Assembly: GCA_963921275.4 (NCBI GenBank)
Contig: OZ001293.3
Span: 1,184,001-1,248,000, forward strand
DNA length: 64,000 bases
Source: an uncultured Hormoscilla sp.
Lineage (GTDB): Bacteria; Cyanobacteriota; Cyanobacteriia; Cyanobacteriales; Desertifilaceae
Direction: 5' to 3'
Part shown: positions 46,088-57,243 of the stretch, one piece after another
How the letters are laid out: the number at the start of each line of letters is the position of its first letter
How positions within the stretch are numbered: the stretch's first letter is position 1
Program-made: the position numbers and the translations under genes
Notes under the pieces: model-generated
What the model saw: only the letters and a program-made list of their open reading frames with translations
The model's database searches: none
Told to the model about the DNA's origin: nothing

Positions 46088-46697
46088 TACCTCTCCTGCT
46101 TTTTCACTGGGGGATATTTTATATCCAGGTCGATTTTTCTATCCCCCCATTCGATTTTTGCGCAGCGATCATACTACATCTGCAATTGCCTTTAGCAGGC
46201 GATCGACCTGTTTTTTCCAGGTCAAGTCTTGCATGAATGCTACTGCTGCTTGACCCCGTTTTTTTGCTGCTTCCCGATCATTATATACTTTTTCCAGATT
46301 TTCCACCACTTCTTCAACGTCAGACTCTCCCCAACCTTCTACTCCCGGGAATATAGCTGTGGGTTGCACTGCATCCTGCTTTCTGAGAGGATAACAATGG
46401 GAGTCGCCTATCATATCTATATGACCGGTGTTTGCCGAGATGATTGTCGGTATGCCACAGGCCAGACATTCCATTGCTGCCAGATTTGTTCCTCCTTCAC
46501 ACCTGTTGGTAAATACGGCCACATCTGCTTCCCGGATCATCTGCCCTACCAGATGATTGGGAATGGGTCCCATATCTATTACCGCCTCACCGGGAATGCC
46601 ATTTACTACTAACCATTCGGTAATTCGCAAGCGCTTATCCTGGGTTACCGGGGCAATCCTACCACATTTCCCGTCTGTTCTAGTCCGGCCATAAATT
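46088..46697 (-). pseudogene. Direct duplicate of the glycosyltransferase 3' end and flank
   Basis: Nearly identical to 43869-44479. Confidence 0.9.
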
Positions 46698-46719
46698 GGG
46701 GGTGATTTACCCTATTATA

Positions 46720-46830
46720 CGATTATCTGGATCGATCGTCAAGGATGGATGCCAAACTTTTTCTTTTTCCCCCACAGTCCCTTCCAGCACCAGTACCCCC
46801 GCCCGATCGCTGGTGACTGTCTGGCTTTTC
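46720..46830 (-). pseudogene. Diverged second fragment of the SWIM-finger gene
   Basis: Aligns with 47280-47385 (SDRAGVLVLEGTV...PSLTIDPD) and then with GACTGTCTGGCTTTTC at about 47600. Confidence 0.7.
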
Positions 46831-46891
46831 GGTCATCAGCCCATCCATCAAAAAAAATCACAGCAGTCCGTTGGTTTCCCCTTCGTAAACT

Positions 46892-47105
46892 CCGTTACAT
46901 AAGACTTACCCAAAAGTACCCACGCTGTCCCATCACTGGACCGCTCTGGAACTTACTTCCTGCTTCGCTCTGGTAGTGTCGGCACTGACCAGTCCACAGG
47001 CTAACACCGCCTAACTAGCGGCTATTTCCAAATTAATGGAGGCATTCAGATCGAGATCTATCTCTAGACCACAGTTGTCACACCGGAAGACTCTTTCTGA
47101 TAACT
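46892..47105 (-). mobile_element. TnpB 3' remnant with probable element right end (IS200/IS605 or IS607 type)
   Basis: LSERVFRCDNCGLEIDLDLNASINL (zinc ribbon plus RuvC-III region) followed by GCCTGTGGACTGG...GAAGCAGGAAG...TATGTAACGG. Confidence 0.75.
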
Positions 47106-47176
47106 GAACACATGGACGGCGATCGCACCGCCCGTCTTGCAAGGTTAAGTTCGCCAACTGAACTGCTGGAAGTGAG

Positions 47177-48823
47177 TTACCGACACTGGCGAGCGTGCTG
47201 TATGCGTAGTGCCAGGATATGTTCGCAAGGGCCTTTGTACAGCTTGTTTTGCTGGTGCCAGTTGCAGGTACATCCTGCTTCTATGATACGCTCATCTGGG
47301 TCGATCGTCAAGGATGGATTTAAATTTTTTCCTTTGTCCTGCACTGTCCCTTCCAGCACCAGGACTCCCGCCCGATCGCTGGTAGCTGATGTCACCTCTA
47401 CGGCATTTTGACTTAGAAAGCCAGTTGCCTTTTCTTCTCGCTCATTGGCAAAGCGCAACCGTTCCATGGGCAAGGGTTCCCGGCTGAGTTCGGGAACTCG
47501 GTACAGTTGTTTGTTCAAGTCATATTGCCAGACCTGCCTGAGTATATGCACTTAAAGCTCCCAATACGGCGGTACGACTTAAATTCAGCCGTTGTGCCAG
47601 ACTGTCTGGCTTTTCTAACCAGTTCTGCTTCAGTTCCTCAAACACTCGCTGCTGGGTGTAACTGTCTACGTCGGCCCGGGTGCCATTAAATCAAAACTAC
47701 CCGCTTGGGACCAGTCGTTGGCTGTCCATCCTGATAATCCTAGGGTGAAGGACATGTCCCCTAAGTCCGCTACGTAGAAGGATGGCATTCCCGTTCCCAG
47801 CAGATGTACCGTGAATTTGCGGGCGATCGGGATTAGTCTTTCTAAGATGTGCAGCCGACGCCGCCCCCATACTCTAATTTCTTGCTCTGATGGGCCATTA
47901 TAGTGCGATCGGGGGCAGACTACTTCTATATCCCAGGGTTGAAATACCACGCGCACCGGTTCCCCTGGTTTCAGAAGATATCGCATTCCCCGTGGTCCTG
48001 TTTTTTCCTTGTGGCGACGCAGCACAAAGCACATGTTGTGGATATCCATCGGATGCAAGTCAAATCTTGTCGCTGGTAAGGACATGGCGGAACTGACTTG
48101 CAAAAAGCCTCTTACTCAACTGTCTGGTAAATCGATTTTCACTTCTTTGAAGGCTTCTTTGTTGGTGGTTTGGACTTCAAACCCTGATGGATCTACCTGA
48201 AATTGGGTACTCTTGTATGTGCGGATTTTCTGAAATTCGTCGTACAGGGCGGCTGAGTAATCTATGTTTGTCGTTCCGCAGGCAAACTCATTGATGTTTT
48301 TGAACACTTCGTAGCTGGCACCCAGACGTCCGTAACTCGATTCATCCTGACTGAAACATTCAAAAAATATTTCATCTGGATGCACTGTAATCACTGGATC
48401 TAGGACAAACCAGGCATCGTAGTCTTTCTTATAAAGATAGTTGTAAAATTACTGTCTGGCTTGATAGTAGGGCTTGCGGCGTTCATAACTGTTCTGATTT
48501 AGCTGGGCGTAGTCTGCTTGCAATTGCTTGATTTTTTCTACAACTGCTTGACGCTCAACTGCTATCATTTGCCAGTCTATTTCGATATCGTCCTGCTTGG
48601 CCCGCCATTCTTTGTAGGCAGTTTTGTCCTTTGGTTTGAACCGCAGATCGGACACTACTACGTCGTGTAAGGCGCTGATGGCTTCCCGAAAGGCGACGTT
48701 CTGATGCAGTTCGCCGATGAAGTAGGTGGGGGGACGCTTGGTGTCTGGTGAAAATGATAGCTGGGTGCTCGATCCCCGATCGCTTACTGCTGTGCTTCCT
48801 TTGTAGGCGTAGTTGAATTCCAT
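47177..48823 (-). pseudogene. SWIM zinc-finger protein split by stops and frameshifts
   Basis: Four consecutive pieces; TAA 48449-48451, TGA 48116-48118, shifts near 47670 and 47520; C-terminal CTCNWH...GPCEHILA. Confidence 0.85.
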
Positions 48824-48932
48824 AGTTTTGGTGAGGATTTGCTCTCGATTTTTGGATATTCTCTCTATAGTAACATAAAGAGGATCCTCGCGGGATCCTC
48901 CAAAGCTATGTGGGTATCCTCATATCCCCTTT

Positions 48933-50174
48933 TTAAGTGGTGTACTCGGCGTTAATCTTCACGTAGTCGTAACTCAGATCGCAGCCCCAGGCAATCCCTG
49001 TCCCGGCACCATTGCCGATACTCACTGAGATTAATACTGTATCTTTTTTTAAGTAAGCCCCTGCTGCTGCTTTCTTGATATATTCACTCGCCGCTGCCCG
49101 ATCGAACGCCAGGGGTTGACCATTTTCCATCAGCAATAAATCCCCCAGTTGGATGCGGAGATTTTCTTGATCGAACGGCACTCCAGCGCGTCCAGCGGCG
49201 GCAGCTATTCGCCCCCAGTTGGGGTCCCGCCCGAAGATGGCTGATTTGACTAAGGATGAACCGACGATCGTCTTGGCAACCTGACGGGCCGCTGCTTCAT
49301 TATCGGCACCGGAAACTTGCACTTCCACTAAGCAGGTGGCACCTTCCCCGTCCCGGGCGATCGCCTTTGCTAAATGCTGACATACTGCTGTTAACATCCC
49401 TTCCAGTTTTTCTGCCTCTGGACCCATTTGGGTGATGGCACTGGTCCGGGATTGACCGTTGGCCAGGGCGATCAGGGTGTCATTGGTACTGGTATCCCCA
49501 TCTACGGTAATTTGGTTAAAGCTGCGATCGGCTGCCCGATGGAGCATTTCTTGCCAGAGGGGGGGAGATACGGCAGCGTCGCAGGTAACGAAGGCTAGCA
49601 TGGTTGCCATATTGGGGTGGATCATCCCCGAACCCTTGCATATGCCACCCACCCGCACCAGGCGATCGCCCATCATGGTCTCCAGCGCTATTGACTTGGG
49701 GACCAAATCTGTCGTACAAATAGCCTTAGCTGCGGCATCGGATCCATCTACTGCCAGTACTTGGGCCAACTGGGGAATGGCGCTGCGTAGTTTATCCATT
49801 TTAATCCGTTGCCCGATCACCCCGGTAGAGGCTAGCAAAATTGATTCTGGGGTAATCTGCAATGCATCGGCCAGCAGTTGGGCGCTTTCCATGGCATCTT
49901 GTTCGCCTTGGGTACCGGTAGCGGCATTCGCCTGGCCAGCATTGCACAAAATTGCTCTGGCGCTGGCTTTCTTCTGGAGACGCTGACGACAGTAGTCTAC
50001 ACAGGCCGCCCTCACTTGCACTGTCGTGAATACGCCAGCCGCGATCGCCTCCACCTCAGACCAGATCAAGGCCAAGTCCGGTTGTCCTGATGGCTTCAGA
50101 CCTGCTGTAATGCCAGCTGCTTGATATCCCTTGGGGGCCGTTACTCCACCACTTATCTCTTGCCAGTCAGACAT
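48933..50174 (-). CDS. argJ: Bifunctional ornithine acetyltransferase/N-acetylglutamate synthase
   Basis: KGSGMIHPNMATML, VDGDTSTND, ARDGEGAT, DPNWGR, YVKINAEYTT. Confidence 0.97.
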   Translation of the reverse strand: MSDWQEISGGVTAPKGYQAAGITAGLKPSGQPDLALIWSEVEAIAAGVFTTVQVRAACVDYCRQRLQKKASARAILCNAGQANAATGTQGEQDAMESAQLLADALQITPESILLASTGVIGQRIKMDKLRSAIPQLAQVLAVDGSDAAAKAICTTDLVPKSIALETMMGDRLVRVGGICKGSGMIHPNMATMLAFVTCDAAVSPPLWQEMLHRAADRSFNQITVDGDTSTNDTLIALANGQSRTSAITQMGPEAEKLEGMLTAVCQHLAKAIARDGEGATCLVEVQVSGADNEAAARQVAKTIVGSSLVKSAIFGRDPNWGRIAAAAGRAGVPFDQENLRIQLGDLLLMENGQPLAFDRAAASEYIKKAAAGAYLKKDTVLISVSIGNGAGTGIAWGCDLSYDYVKINAEYTT

Positions 50175-50244
50175 ATTGCTTTCCCCTCTGCTTCAGTTTG
50201 AGAGCAGATTATATCAATCACTGGTTCCAGACCGCGAGCCACAG

Positions 50245-50298
50245 ACAAAAAAGGAGAGCCCGATCGCTCTCCTCTATCATCAGGATGCATCTATATAA
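50245..50298 (-). ncRNA. Candidate small RNA of about 55 nt upstream of argJ
   Basis: -10-like TAATAAT, then ATAGATGCATCCTGATGATAGA and terminator GGAGAGC-GATCGG-GCTCTCC-TTTTTT. Confidence 0.45.
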
Positions 50299-50567
50299 CA
50301 GATTATTACACGATTGGGGTGTGGGGCGTAACCCCTTTTTATGATTTTTTGATGAAGATTTGCTTCCAGATATATGTTACAGGGGCGATCGCTGAGTATA
50401 ATTACGGAAAACACAAAGGGCGATCGCCCCTCTGAGGGCAGCCTACTGCCGGTTTAGGGGGAGATATCTTGGAAGCGATGGAGATGGAGGGAAATACCGC
50501 TGGTGCAGCGGATCGCGCAGCGCGGCGTAGCCGTGCGCTATCTTGGGGGCGATCGACACAGCCTCTC

Positions 50568-51497
50568 TTATCCCCCCTTTTTAATACAGAATACATCTAC
50601 AGGGTATGATACGATAATTTCTCCGTCAGGTTTTTTTGAGGATATTTTCCTGAGATATTCTAGCAGGAGTTGCAATTGTAATGATGAAAAATATTCTACC
50701 TTGACACTAACTATAAAATTCAACACTTTTCTTCCTAGATCCGAGTCGGGGTTGAAACATTCTGTAATATTCAAGCTAGCGCCGATCCTTTCTCGCTCAA
50801 ATGAGAGGTAGCATTGATTGAGAACGAGCTGAATATCCTCGCTATACCAGTAGTCAATTACCCCCAGTTGTTTCAGAATGCATGAGGATGGTGCTTGAAA
50901 TTCTTCCAGAGGATTATTCATGATTATCAATTTCCCACCCTCATCCAGGAGTTCGTATGCTTTCCAAATTGGGTATTCAAGCTCTGGAAAATAATAACAG
51001 ACATGGACTAACAAAATAATATTAAACATTTGAAAAGATTCAAAATTTACAAAATCCCTGGGATTAATCTGCCAATCAAATTTATGCTTGGGGGAACATT
51101 CAGCAGCAATTGCATGACATTTTTTCTCAATGATAACGCATTCGGCTTCATTTCGATCGACTCGGACAAAATGGAGCTTTTTTGTTTTCAAACTCAGTTG
51201 CTTTAAAAAGGGTTCGTCAAAAAGTCCGTATCCGCAACCAACGCTGAGAACGCTACATTCTGCTTTTGAACCCACAACTTCATCTGCATATTTAAGTCCA
51301 GCTTCGATCATCATTGCTAGTTGGTTGGTACGGCTGAAAAATGCCTTATGGGCTTGGTAATATTCTTCATTACTTAATTTTTTGAGCGGCATCTTGGTAA
51401 CTTCTTGTTCAAAGAGATCTATCCCAGGGAATTTTTGGCTGACTAGCATGACATTGTCTGAGGAAGATGAAGTGCTTAACTTGCGATCGCTTACCAT
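50568..51497 (-). CDS. Class I SAM methyltransferase, histamine N-methyltransferase-like
   Basis: VLSVGCGYG motif I, IILLVHVCYY, LLDEGGKLII, LNITECF...VLNFI. Confidence 0.7.
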   Translation of the reverse strand: MVSDRKLSTSSSSDNVMLVSQKFPGIDLFEQEVTKMPLKKLSNEEYYQAHKAFFSRTNQLAMMIEAGLKYADEVVGSKAECSVLSVGCGYGLFDEPFLKQLSLKTKKLHFVRVDRNEAECVIIEKKCHAIAAECSPKHKFDWQINPRDFVNFESFQMFNIILLVHVCYYFPELEYPIWKAYELLDEGGKLIIMNNPLEEFQAPSSCILKQLGVIDYWYSEDIQLVLNQCYLSFERERIGASLNITECFNPDSDLGRKVLNFIVSVKVEYFSSLQLQLLLEYLRKISSKKPDGEIIVSYPVDVFCIKKGG

Positions 51498-51550
51498 AAT
51501 CGGGAATTGCTAAGTGATTAATCTATTCTATGATACTATAGATTTATCGC

Positions 51551-51762
51551 AATACTTCTCGGTTAACAACCTGTCCGGAGCGAGGGGGGGGGAACCCAAA
51601 CCGATAATTTACTCGCTGCCGAGATCCCCTCCCGAAGCAATCTCATGCGGGGTGGGGATTGCTTCGGGGGGGGGTTAACTCAGTTGAGCATAAGTTAATC
51701 GCTGCGTACCCCCCCCTCGCAATGACAAATGTACCTGCCGCCATGCTTAACCGAGAAGTATT
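51551..51762. mobile_element. MITE-like element with perfect 16-bp terminal inverted repeats
   Basis: AATACTTCTCGGTTAA at 51551 and TTAACCGAGAAGTATT ending 51762; internal palindromes. Confidence 0.75.
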
Positions 51763-52703
51763 AAGATTTATCGGATCTCAAGTGAAAGCTATTGTTGAGA
51801 ACTAGCTTTTTTTGACACCCAATAAATCTACGTGGGGCGATCGTTTTTTCTGGAGATTTGTTTGACGATATGCTGCTGAAAAATTCCCGCAGCAGTTGTA
51901 ATTGTGATGATGAAAAGTATTCTACGTTGACGCCAACCATAAAACTCAGCGCTTTTTTCTCTTGTTCTGAATCTGGGTTCAAACATTCTGTCAGATTCAA
52001 TGTCGATCGATTCTCGATAGCTGGCATTGATTGAGAACTAACTGAATATCTTCGCTATAAGATGGATATGTTCCCCAGAGTCGTTTCATAATACATGCAT
52101 GTGGTGCTAGCCATCCTAACAGAGGATCGTTTATTATTATCAACATACCACCCTCATTCAGGCGATCGTATGTTTTCCGGATCGCCGATTCAATTTCGCC
52201 TTTGCTAAAGTAATAAAATACTTGCAAGAAAAAGATGATATCAAACCTTGAGTGCAATTCTAAATTAGCGAAATATGTGGGATAAATTTGCCAATAAAAT
52301 TTATGTTCTGGGCAACAGTCAACAGCAATAGCATGACATTTTTCTTCAAGGCTGACGCATTCGGCTACATTTGGATCGACTCCGACAAAATGTAGCTGTT
52401 TTTTTTGCCAACTCAGTTTCCTTAAAAAAGGTTCGTCAAAAAGTTCTTCTCCGCAACCAACGCTGAGAACTCGACATTCTGGTTGTGAACCACCTCCGCA
52501 TATTCAATCGCAGCTTCAACTATCAGATCCTATTCGTTTGTACAGTTTTAAAATTCTCTCAGACCTTGCATAAAATTTTCACCAATAAATTCTACAAGTT
52601 GCAGGTTGGCAACTTCTCGCTCAAAGGGAACAATGGCAAGAAATTTTTGGCTGATAACTGTGGTCTCTGATGATAGAGTTTGGATATTTTGCTCTCTTAC
52701 CAT
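51761..52703 (-). pseudogene. Tandem paralog of the methyltransferase, frameshifted
   Basis: VLSVGCGEE, LHFVGVDPN, IIFFLQVFYY, LNLTECLNPDS in several frames; upstream region similar to that of 51497. Confidence 0.8.
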
Positions 52704-52732
52704 ATCGTTGCTAAGTGGTCAATCTCTTCTAT

Positions 52733-52845
52733 TATAACGAGCCTAAATCATTTGTGTAAATATCCCGAGACGCGGCTCAAACACTTGCAGGGTAAAGGGT
52801 TTGAGCGCAAAATCGTTTATTGCACAACTCATTTAGGCTTACTAT
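52733..52845. mobile_element. MITE-like element
   Basis: Imperfect inverted ends TATAACGAGCCTAAATCATTTGTG / CACAACTCATTTAGGCTTACTATA. Confidence 0.6.
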
Positions 52846-53104
52846 ATACTGAGATTGGAGATTATGTCAAGGGGTGGCTAGCATAACTTTGTCATGCAGT
52901 TTATGCCGGTCGAAACCGCAACTGCATTTCTTCGCAGTCGGCCCAAAAGTCTCCCGATCGCGCTCCTGCGTCCCACAAAAGGGAAGACATCGTACTCGCA
53001 CAAAAGGGGAGACAGGGGGGTTCAAACCCCCGGCGGGCGATCGGGAGGAATGAGGTTTAATTAACAACGAGTTTTGTGCAAAGACTAAGGGCGATCGCAC
53101 CAAC

Positions 53105-53728
53105 CTACGGTGTTGCTTGGATGTTTGTTAAAAACTCGTTCATCGCTTCTACTTTGGACGGCATTAACACGCAATGAACTAACATTTCTAAGTCCAAGTC
53201 GGGCAATAATTCACTTTGATTTTTGAGTTCGTACCCGATCTTATCTTCGTTTTCTGCATTTCCCAATACATAAACTGAAATTTTATCTTGTTTCCAGAAC
53301 CAAACTTCTCGAACCTGCAATCGTTTATATTTTTCGAGTTTGTTTACATTACCACTGGTAATAATGACCTCTATCGCCAGATATGGATGTTCTTTTTGCT
53401 TGCCAATATAATAAGATTCATCGGGGGCAAAAGAAACCTCTTTTTCTTCACTTTCGCAGGTTGCATTCCCCACGGGAATAAACTCGATTTTATTCTGCCA
53501 GAAATAGAGTCCCAGCAACAGGGAAATTAAACGGCTGATAGTTTCGTGTTTTTCTCCTGTCGTCATGAGTTCTATTTTGCCATCCAAATAAGATATTTTA
53601 ACATTACTATTCTCTCGAAGGGAAGTTGTCAGTGTTTTAAATTGTTGCCAAGTGTAACATCCGGGCCAAACAAAATATTGTTCTCTCTTGGTGCTATTTT
53701 TTTCAACTGCGCTCGCATGTGCTGTCAT
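53105..53728 (-). CDS. Uma2 family endonuclease
   Basis: ISYLDGKIELM, APDESY, LAIEVIITS, VREVWFW. Confidence 0.88.
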   Translation of the reverse strand: MTAHASAVEKNSTKREQYFVWPGCYTWQQFKTLTTSLRENSNVKISYLDGKIELMTTGEKHETISRLISLLLGLYFWQNKIEFIPVGNATCESEEKEVSFAPDESYYIGKQKEHPYLAIEVIITSGNVNKLEKYKRLQVREVWFWKQDKISVYVLGNAENEDKIGYELKNQSELLPDLDLEMLVHCVLMPSKVEAMNEFLTNIQATP

Positions 53729-53867
53729 GGCTTTTCAATGAACAATGGGGAAGCAAGGGTATTATTCTTAATTTTAGTACAAAATGTTTGTAATAACCTC
53801 AAATTCAGCGAGATAACCTATTACGAACAAAAATTTTAAATGTTCGTATTTGTCAAGACAGCTCATT

Positions 53868-54008
53868 AAAAAAAGTGAAATACACTCCTTGCTGAGCCTC
53901 TAAATTACGTTCCCTGCCAGAGTCAGGGAACGATGGAACAAGAAAAAAAGTGAAATACACTCCTTGCTGAGCCTCTAAATTACGTTCCCTGCTAGAGTCA
54001 GGAAACGA
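53868..54008. repeat. Tandem pair of about 65-bp units each ending in a CGTTCCCTG...CAGGGAACG hairpin
   Basis: AAAAAAGTGAAATACACTCCTTGCTGAGCCTCTAAATTACGTTCCCTG occurs at 53868 and 53944. Confidence 0.8.
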
Positions 54009-54176
54009 GGTATGGGAGCATTTTATATTGGCAAAAAGCTCAAACAATGCTACAATTTTTTGAGCTTTATCGCGCTTAGTCGGTTTTAACCGACTTAAGC
54101 CTCGTTACTGGCTCCCGCCTGGTAACGCGGGGGTTTTAACCCCCTGCGAGCTGACAGCGAAAGGAATGCCGGAGAT

Positions 54177-54482
54177 TTAATTAACAACGAGTTTGGTACG
54201 GGGACTAAGGGCGATCGCATCCGGTTTATACATTTGATAAACGCGGATGGGGTTCACCTGCACCTCACCGGGAAACTCACCATGGAACCGGGCCTTGATT
54301 TCTACCGCTGCGTCCAAGTTGGAGGCAAACAGGGCCACTTTGTTCTGGTTAACCTCCACATGATCGAACTGCTTCGGTACTGCCATCAAGTCTCGGGCCA
54401 GATCGAAAGTTATTCCTGCGGGAATGGGAATTTCCATCAGCAGCGCTTCCAACTGTTGACTGAGTGCGAACTGCAAACTCAA
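54177..54482 (-). CDS. Small ORF downstream of the alpha-2-macroglobulin gene, possibly its detached C-terminal part
   Basis: [11 protein letters not shown]...[25 protein letters not shown] resembles a macroglobulin receptor-binding-domain tail. Confidence 0.45.
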   Translation of the reverse strand: MSLQFALSQQLEALLMEIPIPAGITFDLARDLMAVPKQFDHVEVNQNKVALFASNLDAAVEIKARFHGEFPGEVQVNPIRVYQMYKPDAIALSPRTKLVVN

Positions 54483-54572
54483 GTCTGTATGTTCCCCCAG
54501 GGAGAACTCCTGCTGAGACCATTGTACCTGGAGATTTCCTAATTGATTCGTCCGCGCCTCTGGTTGGGAAGC

Positions 54573-57243
54573 TTAACGGTAGACATGGAGTTCGATCAAA
54601 ACATGGGCGTTAAATCCTTTGGCGGCCTTCAAGGAGATTTTGTTCGGGCCCGGTTGGAATTGCTCGATATAAATGCGGCGGGCCTGATAGACTAAATCTA
54701 GCTGTTCTGTGCCTCGTGCTTGGGAGAAGTCAAAGGTCTTGTGAAAATTCTTAGCTTGGTTTGCAGCTTCCAGGCCGGCAATTTTTCGCAAACTCGACAA
54801 CAGGTCCTGTTGGGTTTCGTTCGCAGTAATGTTGACTGTACCCTTCACGTCCGATACTGTCCAAGCTAAGTGGCCTACTTCCCCGATCGCCCAGGAAGCA
54901 TAGAGGGTATCGCGAGTCGAATACCAACCTGTGGAACGTCGGTTTGCCAAGAGATAATCCAATCCCCGTTTGATGGCCTTTCTCACCTGAGTATCGGAGG
55001 GGAAGGCGTGACCCAGTGCCATCATACAATAGGCAGTAGTTTCAATGTCCCCCGTGAGACTGCTTTTGCCAGTCCAGTTACCATTTGGCTTTTGCTGGTT
55101 GAGGATGATGTCCCGGAGTTGCTTCATCAAGGTTCCTTCTGCTTGGCGATAGTCCTCAAGGCGCGTCAAGGTGTCTAATAGCAAGGCCAAGCATGTTTCG
55201 TCATCTTGGTAAGCATTCAGGTTTTGCTTCAACCACTTTAAAGTCTCGGCCAGGGGATGTTTTCTAAGGCGGCACTGTGAAAGATGAATGCGGTGTTACC
55301 CGCTTCCGAAAGAGTGGAAGGAAAGGGAGTTTCCAGGCTTTCGGCCGGTGCCCAACTGTCCGCAGCCGTGCGATAATCGAGCAAGTATTTCATGGCACCA
55401 TCCAAGATTTGCTGTTCCACATCAATAACTTGCTTCATCAGTGCCAAGATGCTGAAGGCCAAGGCCGTGTGAAACACGGATGTTTCCTTGCCATCCCACA
55501 AACCAAACCCCTCCGTATCCGGATTTCGGAATACGGTCAGGTAGCGATTGCGTCCTGCCAGCATATTCTTTTTCAGATTATCGGCATACTTTGGGGTCAG
55601 TTTATCCTGGCGTTCCGGGTACTTGTAGAGAATGAAATTAGGCAAGGTGGTAGCATAGGTCTGTTCGCAACATCCATAGGGATAGCTGGCCAGAGATTTT
55701 ACCTCTTCAATCACCACCCCTTGGGCATTGGGCATCAGGGAGATAATTCCCAAGGTAAATATTTCCTCTCCCGACAAGTCAAAGGTCCATTCTACAGGAT
55801 TTTTCTCCGACAAAGTCGCAGTATAGCGCTGAATTTCTGGTTCTCCGGGGGGTTGCACTCGGTGTCCAGTTGGGATATTTCCCGAAAACCTTTCGTTTCT
55901 AAGGATAGCAATACTTTGGCATTCCCCACTTCCACTGCCTCAACTTGCCAGTTGACTGCGACGCTTTCCTGGGGTGCCAGGGCAGTAATTGCCTGTTGCT
56001 TCAGTCCGGTACGAATTTTTTCCGTCTGGAGTTTGAGGATAATTTCGTCAAACTCTTGACTGGAGATATTTTGGACAATAGTACGCAGGGTGCTTTTGTC
56101 TCCCCAAATCATTTCCGGCGGATTTTTGATCGTGGTAAACAGGGGGTTGCGGACAATTACGCGATGGGATGCGGTGCCGAAGTTGTCTGGACCAATGATG
56201 AAGACTACTACATCGTACTCGGTGATGGCATCGCTGCCAGCAAACTCAACTGTTGCGGAATTCGCACCCTTTTTGATGTCAATGGGTTCGAGACATGCCA
56301 CCTCAATAAAATCTTCCCGGACCACAAGGGTCGCAGTTGATGGTGACTCTAATTCCAGGGCAGCTTCTTCGGAATATAACTCATCATCAGCATCAAAAAA
56401 ATACCCCCCTTTTGTCATTGGTGCCGCCGCCATCATCACCATTCGGCCACCACCTCGCCAACCGCCACCGCGCGGCATAGCACCACGAAACATTTCTAAT
56501 TCATACATCACGGACGCTGGCACCTGAACTAGCTTCGGTAGCTGGGATTTTAATTCCTTTTCAATGTTTGATGGTTCGGCGTTTTGGGTAGCTTAAAGGT
56601 GACGCCTCCCGTACCATCAGATAGCTGGAAATCCAGCGATCGCGCCACCCGATCGCCGATCAATTCTGCCGAACCCATTTTCAGAGATTGGATGAGGTTT
56701 TGTCGTCCCTTAACCCGGACATCCACCTTAACTGCTTCTCCCGGTTGGTAAGCGGACTTATCCAGAGAAACATCCAACCAGGACTCCTGAGACATCCAAG
56801 GAATGACGCGGATCTGTGCTTCTGCGGTCGATCGCCCTGCGTTCCGTGCCGCTGGGGTCCAGCAGGGTCAGGGTTAAGGCTTGCTGGGAAAGGGCGATCG
56901 TGCTATATGACGTGAGGTCGCGATGGACGACAAATCCTTGGACATCCGCACCCGGGCGCACCTTAGCAGTTGGCAACCAAATGATACCTTTAGTTTGCAC
57001 TTCCAGGTCTTGAATGGGAATCAGACATTGTTCTAAAGTACCATTATCTGAAGTCCAAAAGCGCAGGAAAGAAGGTAAACTTTCCCGGATGTAAAGCAGT
57101 TCGCGGGTATCGTTGACCGCCCAGCGTTCTGGCAACTGCGAGGGGTCTTCCACCTGCAAAGTTTCTTTTGACTCGACCCAGACGCGATAGTAGGAACCTT
57201 GTGACTGTGGGATATTTGACAATCCCCAAACTTCAAATTTCAT
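54573..57243 (-). pseudogene. Alpha-2-macroglobulin family protein in at least five pieces
   Basis: [25 protein letters not shown], thioester-type [28 protein letters not shown]. Confidence 0.82.

Noticed and set aside
55277..56059. Long antisense ORFs here and at 7344, 23980 and 49459
   Set aside because: Shadows of well-supported genes on the opposite strand.
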